Of a stretch of DNA of 46,555 nucleotides, positions 26,079 to 35,743 are shown in pieces; within the stretch, counting starts at the first letter, position 1; each line of letters starts with the position of its first letter. The stretch covers positions 1-46,555 of the forward strand of contig SKFV01000142.1 in the NCBI GenBank assembly GCA_007117785.1, given 5' to 3'. The notes under the pieces were generated by a model, which made no database searches, was not told where the DNA came from, and saw nothing but the letters and a program-made list of their open reading frames with translations. The DNA comes from Pseudomonas sp. GTDB taxonomy: Bacteria; Pseudomonadota; Gammaproteobacteria; Pseudomonadales; Pseudomonadaceae. A program made the position numbers and the translations under genes.

Positions 26079-27359
26079 TTAGTCAGCATTGGCACCTGTG
26101 ATGGATACAGCGTGGCTTGAGAGTGTCACCAGCACCGCCTCGCTATCGACCATCCCCCAGGATTGCTCAGTTTCACGATCAATCGCCAATTGTATCTGGC
26201 GGTAAAAAGCCATGCGCTGCTTATCGTGATCGCCGCCCTGGCGGTCTGTGGCTTGCGGCCAATTGCCGTTGGAGGCTATCACCAGCTGCCGCTCGGGATC
26301 GATAAAGATGCCCTGACCAAAAATCCCCCGTGCGTGAAAGCTGCCATCGTCCAGCGTCCACCATTGATACCCGTAGCCATGCCCAGGCACACCGATGTCA
26401 GCCTGCTTGCTGGTGGCCTCTGCCAGCCAGCCATCGGGTAATACCGGCTCGCCGTTGGCGATACCACCACCGAGGATAAACAAACCAAAGCGCGCAAAGT
26501 CGCGGGTGGCCGCCTGTATGCAGCAACCGCTGATTTCCAGCCCGGTGGAACTCAACAACCAGGTTGCATCCTGTTCCATACCAAAGGGCTGCCAGATTTT
26601 CTCCGCGAGATACTCGGACAGGTTCCGGTTGGTGGCCAGGCTGGCCAATACGCCGATCAGATTGGTCTCGCCAGTTTTATAGGACCAGACGGTACCCGGC
26701 TCTGCCTCTGCACCCAGCTGACGCATATAGCTCACGGTCACATCAACGCCCGGCTCGGCCTTGTGCGTATTGAACAAGGCAACGTCGGATGCCGGGTCAG
26801 CGTAGTCCTCATTCCACGCCACGCCGGATGTCATGGTCAGTAACTGCTCGATGGTGACATTGTCATAAGCCGACCCTTGCAGATCGGGAATATAGTCCGA
26901 CACCTTGTCATCAATGCTGTCGATATAGCCGTCCTTGATCGCAGCGCCAACCAGGGTCGAAGTAAACGACTTGGCTACCGAAAAACTGGTCCAGCGGCCC
27001 TCAGGCCCGAAGTCCAGACCGTATTCCTCCAGCCGAATCTTGCCATCCTGCACAATCACCAGGGCAGCAGTGCGCTGGTCTTCCATGTAGGTCGTGATAT
27101 CAAGATCAATAGCCAGCGGCTCACCAGCAGGCAATGGAAGGACATGATCACCGGAAGGCACAATGCGGGACTCAATAAGGAAAGGCACCCTATCCATCAC
27201 CCGGAAGGCGGCATCGCGCTGCGACGTCGACCAGAAAAGAACGTCGGTGTTGGTAGGCAGGTTCAGCAGCAGCTGACGTAGGTCTCTGTCCAGGGTTGCC
27301 CAGGCAATACCGCCGGCAATCAGGACCAGAGCGATGAGTGAGAGGATAGCTTTTTTCAT
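26079..27359 (-). CDS. Serine hydrolase, beta-lactamase class C/NylB-like family
   Basis: SFSVAKS (SxxK), LLTMTSG, WSYKTGET and YGYQWW motifs; N-terminal signal or anchor. Substrate unknown. Confidence 0.85.
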   Translation of the reverse strand: MKKAILSLIALVLIAGGIAWATLDRDLRQLLLNLPTNTDVLFWSTSQRDAAFRVMDRVPFLIESRIVPSGDHVLPLPAGEPLAIDLDITTYMEDQRTAALVIVQDGKIRLEEYGLDFGPEGRWTSFSVAKSFTSTLVGAAIKDGYIDSIDDKVSDYIPDLQGSAYDNVTIEQLLTMTSGVAWNEDYADPASDVALFNTHKAEPGVDVTVSYMRQLGAEAEPGTVWSYKTGETNLIGVLASLATNRNLSEYLAEKIWQPFGMEQDATWLLSSTGLEISGCCIQAATRDFARFGLFILGGGIANGEPVLPDGWLAEATSKQADIGVPGHGYGYQWWTLDDGSFHARGIFGQGIFIDPERQLVIASNGNWPQATDRQGGDHDKQRMAFYRQIQLAIDRETEQSWGMVDSEAVLVTLSSHAVSITGANAD

Positions 27360-27417
27360 AAGGTCTCTGTGGGTAATTATTGTCGGCCGATCTTAAAGCT
27401 TGCCGGCATCTCGGGGG

Positions 27418-28341
27418 CTACTGTGCGTCTTCGCTCTTGGCTGCCAATCTCTCGTCAAGCGCTTTACCCAGTTCGTCGGACGCGTCGGCTGCCTGCTCGA
27501 TAACGGCATCGACCCGATCGAAGTGCAGCAAGCGGACACCGTTCAAATCGGGCTTGATGTAAATATCGGGGCCACCGTTATGCATCTTTTCACTGATGAT
27601 CGACTGCTGCATCACCTCAAAGGTCTTGAACAGCAGATCAAGCGCACTGACCTCGTTATCAGCGTTAGGCTCGCGAACGCCGGTAACGTCAATGGCGATC
27701 ACGTAATCATGGCCTTCAAGCAGGTCCCAGGGCAGTGGGTTGGATACCCCGCCGTCAATCAGCAGCTGGTCGTCCCGTTTGACCGGATTGAACAGGCCGG
27801 GTACGGCCATGCTGGCCTTCAATGCCGTGAAAAGGTCGCCGGACTCGAATACCACTGAACTGCCGTCCCAGTAATTGGTAGCGACGACTTTAAGCGGAAT
27901 GTTCAACTCATCGAAGCTGCGCGCCTCAAAGTGCTCGCCGATAAAATCCAGGAAACCCGACTGGTCGAAGGCACCGCCATTACCCAGCTCTGCGCGCACC
28001 AGGTCTGTCCAGCCAGGCCCGTTATTACCCAGGCCAGAGAAGGGGTTGAGCACTGACTCACCGAAGGTATCGAACAGATCGCGAATCTCTTCCGAGCTTA
28101 ATCCGGCGGCGTACATCGCCCCGATAATGGCACCGATGCTGGTGCCGGCAATCGCATCAGGGGTGATGTCGCGCTGCTCGAACTCGGCGAGCATGGCAAT
28201 GTGGGCCAGGCCCCCAGCACCCCCCGAGCCCAGTGCCAGGGCGATGCCGGATGCCTTGTCGTCGGCCATGGCAACCTTGGACCCCACCATGAACAGGACA
28301 GCCGCAATCATCAGCCAACGCAGGCAATGGGTATGCAACAT
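27418..28341 (-). CDS. Patatin-like phospholipase with probable signal peptide
   Basis: LGSGGAGG, GTSIG (GxSxG), ASMAVPGLF and IDGG motifs. Start uncertain. Confidence 0.88.
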   Translation of the reverse strand: MLHTHCLRWLMIAAVLFMVGSKVAMADDKASGIALALGSGGAGGLAHIAMLAEFEQRDITPDAIAGTSIGAIIGAMYAAGLSSEEIRDLFDTFGESVLNPFSGLGNNGPGWTDLVRAELGNGGAFDQSGFLDFIGEHFEARSFDELNIPLKVVATNYWDGSSVVFESGDLFTALKASMAVPGLFNPVKRDDQLLIDGGVSNPLPWDLLEGHDYVIAIDVTGVREPNADNEVSALDLLFKTFEVMQQSIISEKMHNGGPDIYIKPDLNGVRLLHFDRVDAVIEQAADASDELGKALDERLAAKSEDAQ

Positions 28342-28409
28342 AACAGTTACTCGCAAAGAAACGTCAGGGTATTAAGCCAGCGGAAAGGCAGCACTGCAAT
28401 CAAGGCGAC

Positions 28410-28467
28410 CACAGACCGGGTTCACAGACCGATGTCACACAGACCGGTGTCAGGTCTTGCCTTTTGC
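28410..28467 (+). repeat. Three CACAGACCG direct repeats followed by the motif AGGTCTTGCCTTTTGC
   Basis: Copies at 28410, 28423 and 28438; the motif at 28452-28467 recurs at 29690 and, inverted, at 29737. Confidence 0.7.
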
Positions 28468-28544
28468 CCCGCGCACATCAGCCTGTTAAGGAGTAACATC
28501 GGTCAACACCGAACGAGATTACCTAACCATTGCAGGAGAACAAC

Positions 28545-29672
28545 GTGTCAGACACCAACATCGCCCTTACCTCGACCATCAGCGAAGACAACTCACTGGA
28601 ATTGGCCTTGCGCGAGATCGAGATCCCGCAGCCAGGCGACAACCAGATCGTCATCCGCGTCGAAGCCGCGCCTATCAATCCGTCTGACCTGGGCGTGATG
28701 CTCAGCGTGGCCGATATGACAACCGCCAAACAGTCCGGCAGTGCCGAGCGCCCGGTCATCCATGCCGACGTCCCGGCCAAGTTCATGGGTGCCGTTAAAA
28801 AGCGCCTTGGCAAGGCTATTCCCGTGGGTAACGAAGGCGCTGGTACCGTTGTTGCTGCAGGCTCATCCGCCGCTGCGCAAAGCCTGATGGGGAAAACCGT
28901 TGCCTTCATTGGCGGCGGTAGCTACCGTAACTATGTCTGTGTGAATGTGCAAAGCTGTCTGGAACTGGCGCCGGACACCACGGCCGTCGAAGGTGCGTCC
29001 AGCTTTGTGAATCCGCTGACCGCATTGGCCATGGTAGAAACCATGCGCGCTGAAGGGCATAAGGCCATTGTTCACGCCGCTGCCGCCTCCAACCTCGGGC
29101 AAATGCTCAACCGCATCTGCATGGCAGACGGCATCGACCTGGTCAATATCGTCCGCAAGCCGGAACAGGAAGCACTGCTGCGCGACATGGGTGCCAAATA
29201 CGTGGTCAACTCCAGTAGCGACAGCTTTATGGCCGACCTGACTCAGGCACTCATCGACACCGGCGCTACCATCGCCTTCGACCCCATCGGTGGCGGACGC
29301 CTGGCCAGTGATATTCTTACCTGCATGGAAGCTGCCGTCTCGCGCAACATCACAGAATACAGCGTGTATGGATCGGATATCTACAAACAGGTGTATATCT
29401 ATGGCGGCCTGGATCGCGGCCCCGTCACCCTGAACCGCACCTTCGGTTTTGCCTGGGGTGTAAACGGCTTCCTGTTGTTCAATGCCCTGGGCAAATTGGG
29501 CATGGAAACCAACATCGCCATGCGCAAACGCGTAGCCGCCGAAATCAAAACCACCTTCGCCAGTCACTACACCCACGACGTATCCCTGGCCGGTGCCTTG
29601 CAACTGGATGCTATCGCGGCTTACGGCAAGATGGCGACTGGTGAGAAGTACCTGATCAAGCCACAGAGCTAA
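28545..29672 (+). CDS. Medium-chain dehydrogenase/reductase (zinc-independent quinone/enoyl-reductase-like)
   Basis: RVEAAPINPSDL, VGNEGAG.V, FVNPLTAL and AAASNLG motifs; no Zn-binding Cys/His set; GTG start after AGGAG. Confidence 0.85.
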   Translation: MSDTNIALTSTISEDNSLELALREIEIPQPGDNQIVIRVEAAPINPSDLGVMLSVADMTTAKQSGSAERPVIHADVPAKFMGAVKKRLGKAIPVGNEGAGTVVAAGSSAAAQSLMGKTVAFIGGGSYRNYVCVNVQSCLELAPDTTAVEGASSFVNPLTALAMVETMRAEGHKAIVHAAAASNLGQMLNRICMADGIDLVNIVRKPEQEALLRDMGAKYVVNSSSDSFMADLTQALIDTGATIAFDPIGGGRLASDILTCMEAAVSRNITEYSVYGSDIYKQVYIYGGLDRGPVTLNRTFGFAWGVNGFLLFNALGKLGMETNIAMRKRVAAEIKTTFASHYTHDVSLAGALQLDAIAAYGKMATGEKYLIKPQS

Positions 29673-29684
29673 CCTTAGAGGGTC

Positions 29685-29758
29685 GGGTAAGGTCTTGTCT
29701 TTTGCTCTGAGCGCATACATACCGCTTTTGAGACATGCAAAAGACAGGACCTGAACCC
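29685..29758. repeat. Inverted-repeat doublet (REP/MITE-like)
   Basis: AGGTCTTGTCTTTTGC (29690-29705) and GCAAAAGACAGGACCT (29737-29752) are 15/16 complementary with a 31-nt spacer. Confidence 0.7.
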
Positions 29759-29839
29759 AGTGAACTCTTGCTTTCTTTTATTTAGCTCACCATTGATCGT
29801 AGGAACCTGCCTTTTACTGGCTTTTGCGCATATGCACAT

Positions 29840-29866
29840 AAAAATGGGCACCGCGCGGGTGCCCAT
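29840..29866 (-). terminator. Intrinsic terminator of the DUF1329 gene
   Basis: Minus strand reads ATGGGCACC-cgcgc-GGTGCCCAT-TTTT, 19 nt after the stop. Confidence 0.8.
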
Positions 29867-29885
29867 GTTGGGGTGGGGTTTACTG

Positions 29886-31247
29886 TTAACGTACGCCCGC
29901 TGCGCGCAAGGCGGCAGGAGTGAACTGGTTGTAGTTGGGTGTGAAGTCGAAGTTGGGCGCGGCCTGTTCTTCGGTGTACATACCCAGGGCAATGTAACGG
30001 CCGGCGATCAGGTCATACAAGGTTTCGATCGCATAGCCGGGCAGGCCGACATGATAGTTATGCGCGATATGGCCTTCGCCGACGCGCCACAGGGTGCCAC
30101 GACCGTCGTAGTGATCGGCCAGGGTGATCAGCCAGGAGTCTTCATCAATGAAGAAGTTACGCTGGGCATAGATATGCCGTTGGCCTTCTTTGACATTACC
30201 CTGCACTTCCCAGACCCTGTGCAGCTCGTAACGGGTGTGCTCAGGGTTGATGTGTCCAGCGTGCAATACGTCAGAATACGGCAGGCCACGCTCGGTCAGC
30301 TTGTAGGCGTTGTAGGGAATGAAGATTTCCTTCTTGCCGACCAGTTCCCAGTTATAGCGGTCTGGTGCGCCGTTATACATGGAGAAGTTGTCCGAGGTGC
30401 GCATGCCGTCCGACGCGGTACCGGGGCCGTCATAGGCGACCTGGGGTGCGCGACGCACCCTGCGCTGGCCAGCGTTGTAGACCCAGGCCATGCGCGGTTC
30501 TTGCAACTGATCCAATGAATCATGGACCAGCAATACATTACCTGCCAGGCGTGAGGGAGCATTTACCCGCTGCTTGAAAAACAGCAGCGTGTTGGGCATG
30601 GACATGTGGTCAACATCCGGCATTTGTGCCGGGTAGCCCACTTCCTCTTCCAGTTTGATCAGGGTGTAGGAGCCGTTCACCTGCGGCATCGCCTGCATAT
30701 AAAAGCGGTGAACATTCAGGCGATGTCGGGTCAGATGGTTCCAGACTACTTCCACCCCGGTCTGCGGAATCGGGAAGGCAAAGGTGCCATGCGGGAAGTT
30801 GGTGATACCGTCGCCGTTGTTTACCAGCTCGGCTTGCCCGGCCATCTCGCGGACCTTGTCATAGATATCCTGGCTAAAGCCGACGCTACGGTGTGTCTGG
30901 TAGACGGGCATCCGGAAGGTTTCCGGATAGCGTTCGAACATGGCGATCTGGCCGGGGGTCAGGTTGTCGCGGTAGTCCTGGTAGTTTTGCGCGGTAATCA
31001 CGAACTCGGGCTGTTCACCGGCAAAGGGATTTTCAGCAAAGCCATCCCCCAGTTGCCGGCCGGCATCCGGGCCGAGGCCACCGGTCCATTCGGGGATGGT
31101 GCCCGAGGCATTGCCGGCACGTTCTGCGCCTATGGGGGTCAGGTCCTGACCCAGGCGGCTGTAATCGGGCTGCGCCATGACGCTGGTGGCCAACAGGCTG
31201 AGAGCCATGCCACCGGCGCCGATCAAGGTAGTTGTTATTCTGGTCAT
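29886..31247 (-). CDS. DUF1329 family exported protein
   Basis: Signal peptide, LTPIGAERAGNASGTIPEWTGG, AWVYNAGQRRVRRAP..AYD, GAPDRYNW, RYELHRVW and terminal FTPAALR motifs; start after GGAGA. Confidence 0.85.
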   Translation of the reverse strand: MTRITTTLIGAGGMALSLLATSVMAQPDYSRLGQDLTPIGAERAGNASGTIPEWTGGLGPDAGRQLGDGFAENPFAGEQPEFVITAQNYQDYRDNLTPGQIAMFERYPETFRMPVYQTHRSVGFSQDIYDKVREMAGQAELVNNGDGITNFPHGTFAFPIPQTGVEVVWNHLTRHRLNVHRFYMQAMPQVNGSYTLIKLEEEVGYPAQMPDVDHMSMPNTLLFFKQRVNAPSRLAGNVLLVHDSLDQLQEPRMAWVYNAGQRRVRRAPQVAYDGPGTASDGMRTSDNFSMYNGAPDRYNWELVGKKEIFIPYNAYKLTERGLPYSDVLHAGHINPEHTRYELHRVWEVQGNVKEGQRHIYAQRNFFIDEDSWLITLADHYDGRGTLWRVGEGHIAHNYHVGLPGYAIETLYDLIAGRYIALGMYTEEQAAPNFDFTPNYNQFTPAALRAAGVR

Positions 31248-31592
31248 GCGGTCTTCTCCAATGATCAAACGTAGACGCCAACACTCATTGTCATGAAACC
31301 ATGGTCCTTCAACGGGTTGTACCGGGTGCTGCTGGCATCTTGTGCCGGTAGGGCGACCGGGTACCGTTGGCTTGATCGGCACTCAGGCCGACAGTTACGG
31401 ACACGACGTCTGCTTTTCAGCAGCAATCAGGGGATTTGACGGTGCTTAATGGGAAGGGTTCGCAACCAGCGATAGCACAGCTGTAACAAGCTGTGTGCAA
31501 AACAACCACGAAAAGGATGCCATGCCGGGGTGCGAATGGCGTCAGTTGGCGTCCTTACTTGCTGCTAAGAGGAAAGGCCTGAAGCGGTTGCC

Positions 31593-32345
31593 TCAGGACT
31601 CTTCCTGTTTTTTCTTCTCTGGCGGCTGGGCGACGATCTCTTCCATCGCCAGCCCGGTCAGACCATGGATGGTGCGCCACAGGTAGACCAGAATCAGAAT
31701 CATCATGACCATGGACGGCAAGGCGATCATCGGGTAGCTGACCAGGGTCAGGCGGCCCAGTTCTTCGTTGAAGGCTGAGGAACCCGAGGGGCTGGTGACA
31801 ATCCATTTGGCCAGCACGTAGTTCATCGCCGAGGAGAAAAAGAAGGTGCCGGCGAGGAAGTAGGTTGCCTTCAGCAGGCGCTGTTCGAACACTTCGACCA
31901 GCCCGCGCTCTTCCAGGCGGTCATTGACCAGGTCGATGTTCAGCACTTTCTTGTTGTACAGCAGGGTACGAATCAGCGGGAAGCGCGTGCGGGTCGAAAC
32001 AAGTACGGCGATGCCGAGAATACCGGGCACGGCCGCTTCCTTGATCGCCAGCCACTGCGGGTCAAGCTTGAGCAGGCCGATACCGCCGGTGAGCATGACG
32101 CTGATGAGGCCAAGCAGGGCAATCCAGTTGAACTTGCGATAGCGCACCAGCTCGAACAGGCCCCAGCCCAGCGGGAAGGCCAGGGCAATAATCAGCGCCA
32201 TAGTTGGCCCGAGATGTTCCTCGCCACTGAATTTCATCAGGATGACGGAGGGCGCAACAATGCTCACCAGCAGGTCAATCAGTGGGCGTGGCTTGTGCTC
32301 GGGATGGGTCTGGGCAGTATCGGTCATGGGGCTCGACTGGGTCAT
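31593..32345 (-). CDS. Conserved inner-membrane protein (VC0807-like)
   Basis: About six TM helices; PS.ILMK, LTGGIGLL, LAIKEAAVP and FNEELG..T..SYP motifs. Family recalled, not searched. Confidence 0.7.
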   Translation of the reverse strand: MTQSSPMTDTAQTHPEHKPRPLIDLLVSIVAPSVILMKFSGEEHLGPTMALIIALAFPLGWGLFELVRYRKFNWIALLGLISVMLTGGIGLLKLDPQWLAIKEAAVPGILGIAVLVSTRTRFPLIRTLLYNKKVLNIDLVNDRLEERGLVEVFEQRLLKATYFLAGTFFFSSAMNYVLAKWIVTSPSGSSAFNEELGRLTLVSYPMIALPSMVMMILILVYLWRTIHGLTGLAMEEIVAQPPEKKKQEES

Positions 32346-32415
32346 TCAAAGTGATCTGCATGATACACGGGCAAGCGGTCAGGTGGCAGTTTTCAGGTTA
32401 ATCCGGAGACCAGGC

Positions 32416-34065
32416 CTACTGGGGAGGCCAGCGCATGATACGGTCTGCTGCCGGTAGCGCTGCGGTGTCATGGGCCAGCAGCAGGGCTGTGCGCCCGACC
32501 AGCCAGCGGTTTAGCATGTCTTTCAGTCGCTCACAACGGGCCATATCCAGTCCACTGAAGGGTTCATCCAGAATCACGACGGCAGGATTTTTCAGCAATA
32601 CCCGAGCCAGCGCCAGACGCCGGCCTTCCCCACCGGAAAATTCTTTGCCTCGTTCACCTACCCAGGTATCCAGCCCTGCTGGCAGCGCAATCACGGTATC
32701 AGCCAGTTCGACCAGCTCCAGTACCTGCCAGAGCTGATCATCAGTGGCATCCGGTGCGCCCAGGCGCAGGTTGACGGCAATACTGTCATGGAGCAGGTCC
32801 GTGGTTTGGGTCAGGTAGCCGAGGCGGTCGCGCCAGGCCTTGAGGTCCAGCTGGGTCAGCGGTTCGGAATTAACCAGCATGACACCGGCCTCTGGGTCCA
32901 TGCTGCGGGCAGCCAGGGCGGCGAGGGTTGACTTCCCGCAGCCGGAAGGGCCGACAACAGCCAGCCGTTCTGCCGGTTGGATCTGCAGTGACAGTCTGTG
33001 CAAGCCGGCATGGGGTACGCTGATATCCTGCCAACTGATTCCGGCTGCCAGTGGGCCGTCGGGCAGTTGCTTGTTATCAGTTATCAGGCTGCGAAGAGCC
33101 GTTTGCTGATTGAGACGGCCTGCTGCCGCGACTGTAGCGCCCCACTGGGCAAAGCCTGCAGGCAGCGTACTGAAGCTTTCATTCAGCGCCAGCAAGGCCA
33201 TGACAATCAGAATGACCACAGGGCCAGTGAGCAGCTGTGCTTGCCAGGCATGCAGCGCAAGCACCAGGCCGAGCAAGCTGATAGCAAGAACACTGGCCAG
33301 ATTGAGCGCTTGCAGCATACTGACGCGCCGTTGCCAGATCAGTTGTTCCTTGAGCAATTGCTCGCTGCGCTTTAGCAGCCGTTGCTGTTGTGTACCCAGT
33401 TGGCCTCCGGCGGTGAGCTCTCCCAAGCCCTGCAGCTGATCAACGCACTGGCTGCGCAGATCGTCCAGCTGACCAACCCGGCGCGCACTCAGTTGCCGGG
33501 TCCATTGGGCTGTGCCCCAGGTCATCAGGGTCAACAAACCCAGGCCCAGGCACAGGATCAGCACACCGAGCAGTGGCTGGAAAAGCGCAATCAGGCCGGC
33601 CACCACCAGAGTGCACAGCAAGGCGCCGAGCGCCGGCGCAATCAGTCGCAGGTAGAGATTGTCCAGGGTGTCAATATCCGCAGTCAGGCGGTTTAACCAC
33701 TGCGCTGCACGCAGGCTGGCCAGGCCATGTGCATCCAGCCGGGTCAGGGCGCGGTAATGCCGCACGCGCAATACGGCCAGCAGTTTGAGTACTGTGTTGT
33801 GGTTGAAGACCCGCTCGATATAGCGTGCCAGCGTTCGGGTAACGGCAAAAAAGCGAATCCCGCCGCCGGGTACATAGACATCGAAGGCCACCCGGGTACC
33901 GGCAGCCCACAGCATGGCGGTGACGCCGGTCGCGGTAATGAACCAGCCGGATAACGCCAACAGGCCAAGGCCGGCCAGCAGAGTCAGACTGATCAGGCCA
34001 ATGCCCAGCAGCATGCGTTGACGGTAGGGCCACATGGCAGCCAGCCAGGGTTGCAGCTCATACAT
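32416..34065 (-). CDS. cydC: Thiol reductant/heme ABC exporter subunit CydC
   Basis: LLALSGWFI, IRFFA..R...RY.ER..NH, D.DTLDNLYLR, Walker A GPSGCGKS, FSGGE.RRLALAR and ILDEP motifs. Confidence 0.9.
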   Translation of the reverse strand: MYELQPWLAAMWPYRQRMLLGIGLISLTLLAGLGLLALSGWFITATGVTAMLWAAGTRVAFDVYVPGGGIRFFAVTRTLARYIERVFNHNTVLKLLAVLRVRHYRALTRLDAHGLASLRAAQWLNRLTADIDTLDNLYLRLIAPALGALLCTLVVAGLIALFQPLLGVLILCLGLGLLTLMTWGTAQWTRQLSARRVGQLDDLRSQCVDQLQGLGELTAGGQLGTQQQRLLKRSEQLLKEQLIWQRRVSMLQALNLASVLAISLLGLVLALHAWQAQLLTGPVVILIVMALLALNESFSTLPAGFAQWGATVAAAGRLNQQTALRSLITDNKQLPDGPLAAGISWQDISVPHAGLHRLSLQIQPAERLAVVGPSGCGKSTLAALAARSMDPEAGVMLVNSEPLTQLDLKAWRDRLGYLTQTTDLLHDSIAVNLRLGAPDATDDQLWQVLELVELADTVIALPAGLDTWVGERGKEFSGGEGRRLALARVLLKNPAVVILDEPFSGLDMARCERLKDMLNRWLVGRTALLLAHDTAALPAADRIMRWPPQ

Positions 34066-35743
34066 GGTGCAAGCCTCCGTCCCGCAGGATCATATGGTGG
34101 TCTGCCAGCGTCTGCACTGCAGGATGATGGCTGACGATGATCAGGGTGCGGCCAGCAGCCCGCAAGTCGGCCAGAGCGTTCAAAACGGCCTGCTCGTTCT
34201 CGCTATCCAGCCCGGCGGTAGGCTCGTCCAGCAAAACAAGGTCTGCCGGGCTCAACCAGATGCGTGCCAGTGCCAGACGACGGGCCTGGCCACCAGATAG
34301 CCCTCGGCCTGCTTCGCCCAGTGGTGAATTCAGGTCGCGGCCGGAGCGCAGTAACTCCTTGTCCAACCCGACCTTGGTCAGGGCGGCATGCATGTCGGCT
34401 GCACTGGCATTGGGCGCCAATTGCTGAAGATTGTCTGCCCAGCTTCCGCTGACCAGCCAGGAGGTCTGGCCCAGCCAAGCGATGGGCTGCTGCCCGGGCG
34501 GCTGGGCAAAGATCTGTATCTGGCCTTGCCGCGGCTGGATAAAACCGGCCAGGCAATGCAACAGGGATGACTTGCCGCCGCCACTGGGCCCGCTGATCAG
34601 GAGGACCTGCCCCCGTTTCAAAATCAGGTCAAGCTGGTCCAGCAACGGGCCACGCCCCGGGTAGTCCAGGCTCAGTGCGGTTACCTGAACGGCGTCCGGG
34701 TCGCCAGGCAGGGTGCTGGCCTGAGGGGCCGGTGCGTCATTGACGGATTGCTGCCAGTCGGCGAGTTGGTCGGCGGCCCCCAGGGCTGCGGCGCGATCGT
34801 GGTAAAACTGCGCCAGGCTCCGCAGGGGCTGAAAAAATTCCGGGGCCAGCAGCAACACAAAGAGGCCGCTGAACAGCGTCAGTGCACTGGAGGGACCATA
34901 GTCGATATAGCCGAGCAAGCCAAAGCCGATATACATGGCCACTACGGCAATGGCTACCGAAGCAAAGAACTCCAGTACCGCCGAAGACAGAAAGGCGACT
35001 TTCAGTGTCGCCATGCTCAGTTGGCGATAGCCTTCGGTATGTTGGTGGACACTGCCAATGGTGGCCTGCTGCTGACCAAACAGTTGCAAGGTGGTGAGGT
35101 TGCGAACGCGGTCGAGAAAATGGCCGGCCAGGCGTCCGGCCTGGATGACGTGGCGCTGGCTGATCTGCTCGGCGCGCATACCGACCAGTGCCATGAACAA
35201 GGGAATCAGCGGGGCGCTGAGTAACAGAAAGAGTGCCGCCAGCCAGTCGAGCCAGACAACGACGGCCAGAATCAGCAGTGGCTGCAGAATAGCCAGCCAT
35301 TGCTGAGGCAGGTAACGGGCATAATAACCATCCATGGCATCCACTTGCTCGAGCCACTGATTGGCCAGACTGGCGCTGGATATGCCGGCCAGTTTCACCG
35401 GTCCGAGAGTGGCCCAGTGCCGGTTCAGATCACCGCGCATGCTCTGACGCACACGGCAGCTGGCCTGTTGGGCGGCGAGCTCCTGACCCAGCAGGGCAAG
35501 GCTGCGCAGCCCAACAGCCGCCGCCATGGCGACCAGTGCTGGCCAGGTAGCAGCCAGCGGTTGTCCATCAATCAGCATGGCCTGGGCCAGCCAGGCCAGC
35601 AGTCCCATCTGGGTGATCACCGCCAGTGCCTGCAGGCAACCGGCGGCAACGCTGATGCTGATCCATCGCTGCACCGGCCGCTGGTAGTGTTGCAGCCAGC
35701 GTCGGCTGATGGCTTTGCGCTCAGTGATAGCCTTCACCAACAC
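34058..35743 (-). CDS. cydD: Thiol reductant/heme ABC exporter subunit CydD
   Basis: YYARYLPQ, PLIPLFMALVG, TLKVAFLSSAVLEFF, LAPEFFQPLR, GPSGGGKS and LSGGQ motifs; start at 35743 or GTG 35737, overlapping the cydB end. Confidence 0.9.
   Translation of the reverse strand: MLVKAITERKAISRRWLQHYQRPVQRWISISVAAGCLQALAVITQMGLLAWLAQAMLIDGQPLAATWPALVAMAAAVGLRSLALLGQELAAQQASCRVRQSMRGDLNRHWATLGPVKLAGISSASLANQWLEQVDAMDGYYARYLPQQWLAILQPLLILAVVVWLDWLAALFLLLSAPLIPLFMALVGMRAEQISQRHVIQAGRLAGHFLDRVRNLTTLQLFGQQQATIGSVHQHTEGYRQLSMATLKVAFLSSAVLEFFASVAIAVVAMYIGFGLLGYIDYGPSSALTLFSGLFVLLLAPEFFQPLRSLAQFYHDRAAALGAADQLADWQQSVNDAPAPQASTLPGDPDAVQVTALSLDYPGRGPLLDQLDLILKRGQVLLISGPSGGGKSSLLHCLAGFIQPRQGQIQIFAQPPGQQPIAWLGQTSWLVSGSWADNLQQLAPNASAADMHAALTKVGLDKELLRSGRDLNSPLGEAGRGLSGGQARRLALARIWLSPADLVLLDEPTAGLDSENEQAVLNALADLRAAGRTLIIVSHHPAVQTLADHHMILRDGGLHHV

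Noticed and set aside
26079-27359. Beta-lactam resistance gene
   Set aside because: SxxK is shared across the family; the AmpC YxN and KTG motifs are replaced (YKT, ARG), which fits an esterase or amidase better.
28410-28446. CACAGACCG triplet as a mini-CRISPR
   Set aside because: 9-bp repeats with 4-6-nt spacers and no cas genes are incompatible with a CRISPR array.
31248-31382. 45-aa N-terminal extension of the DUF1329 ORF in the track
   Set aside because: The signal peptide and RBS point to ATG 31247; the upstream in-frame stretch is probably untranslated.
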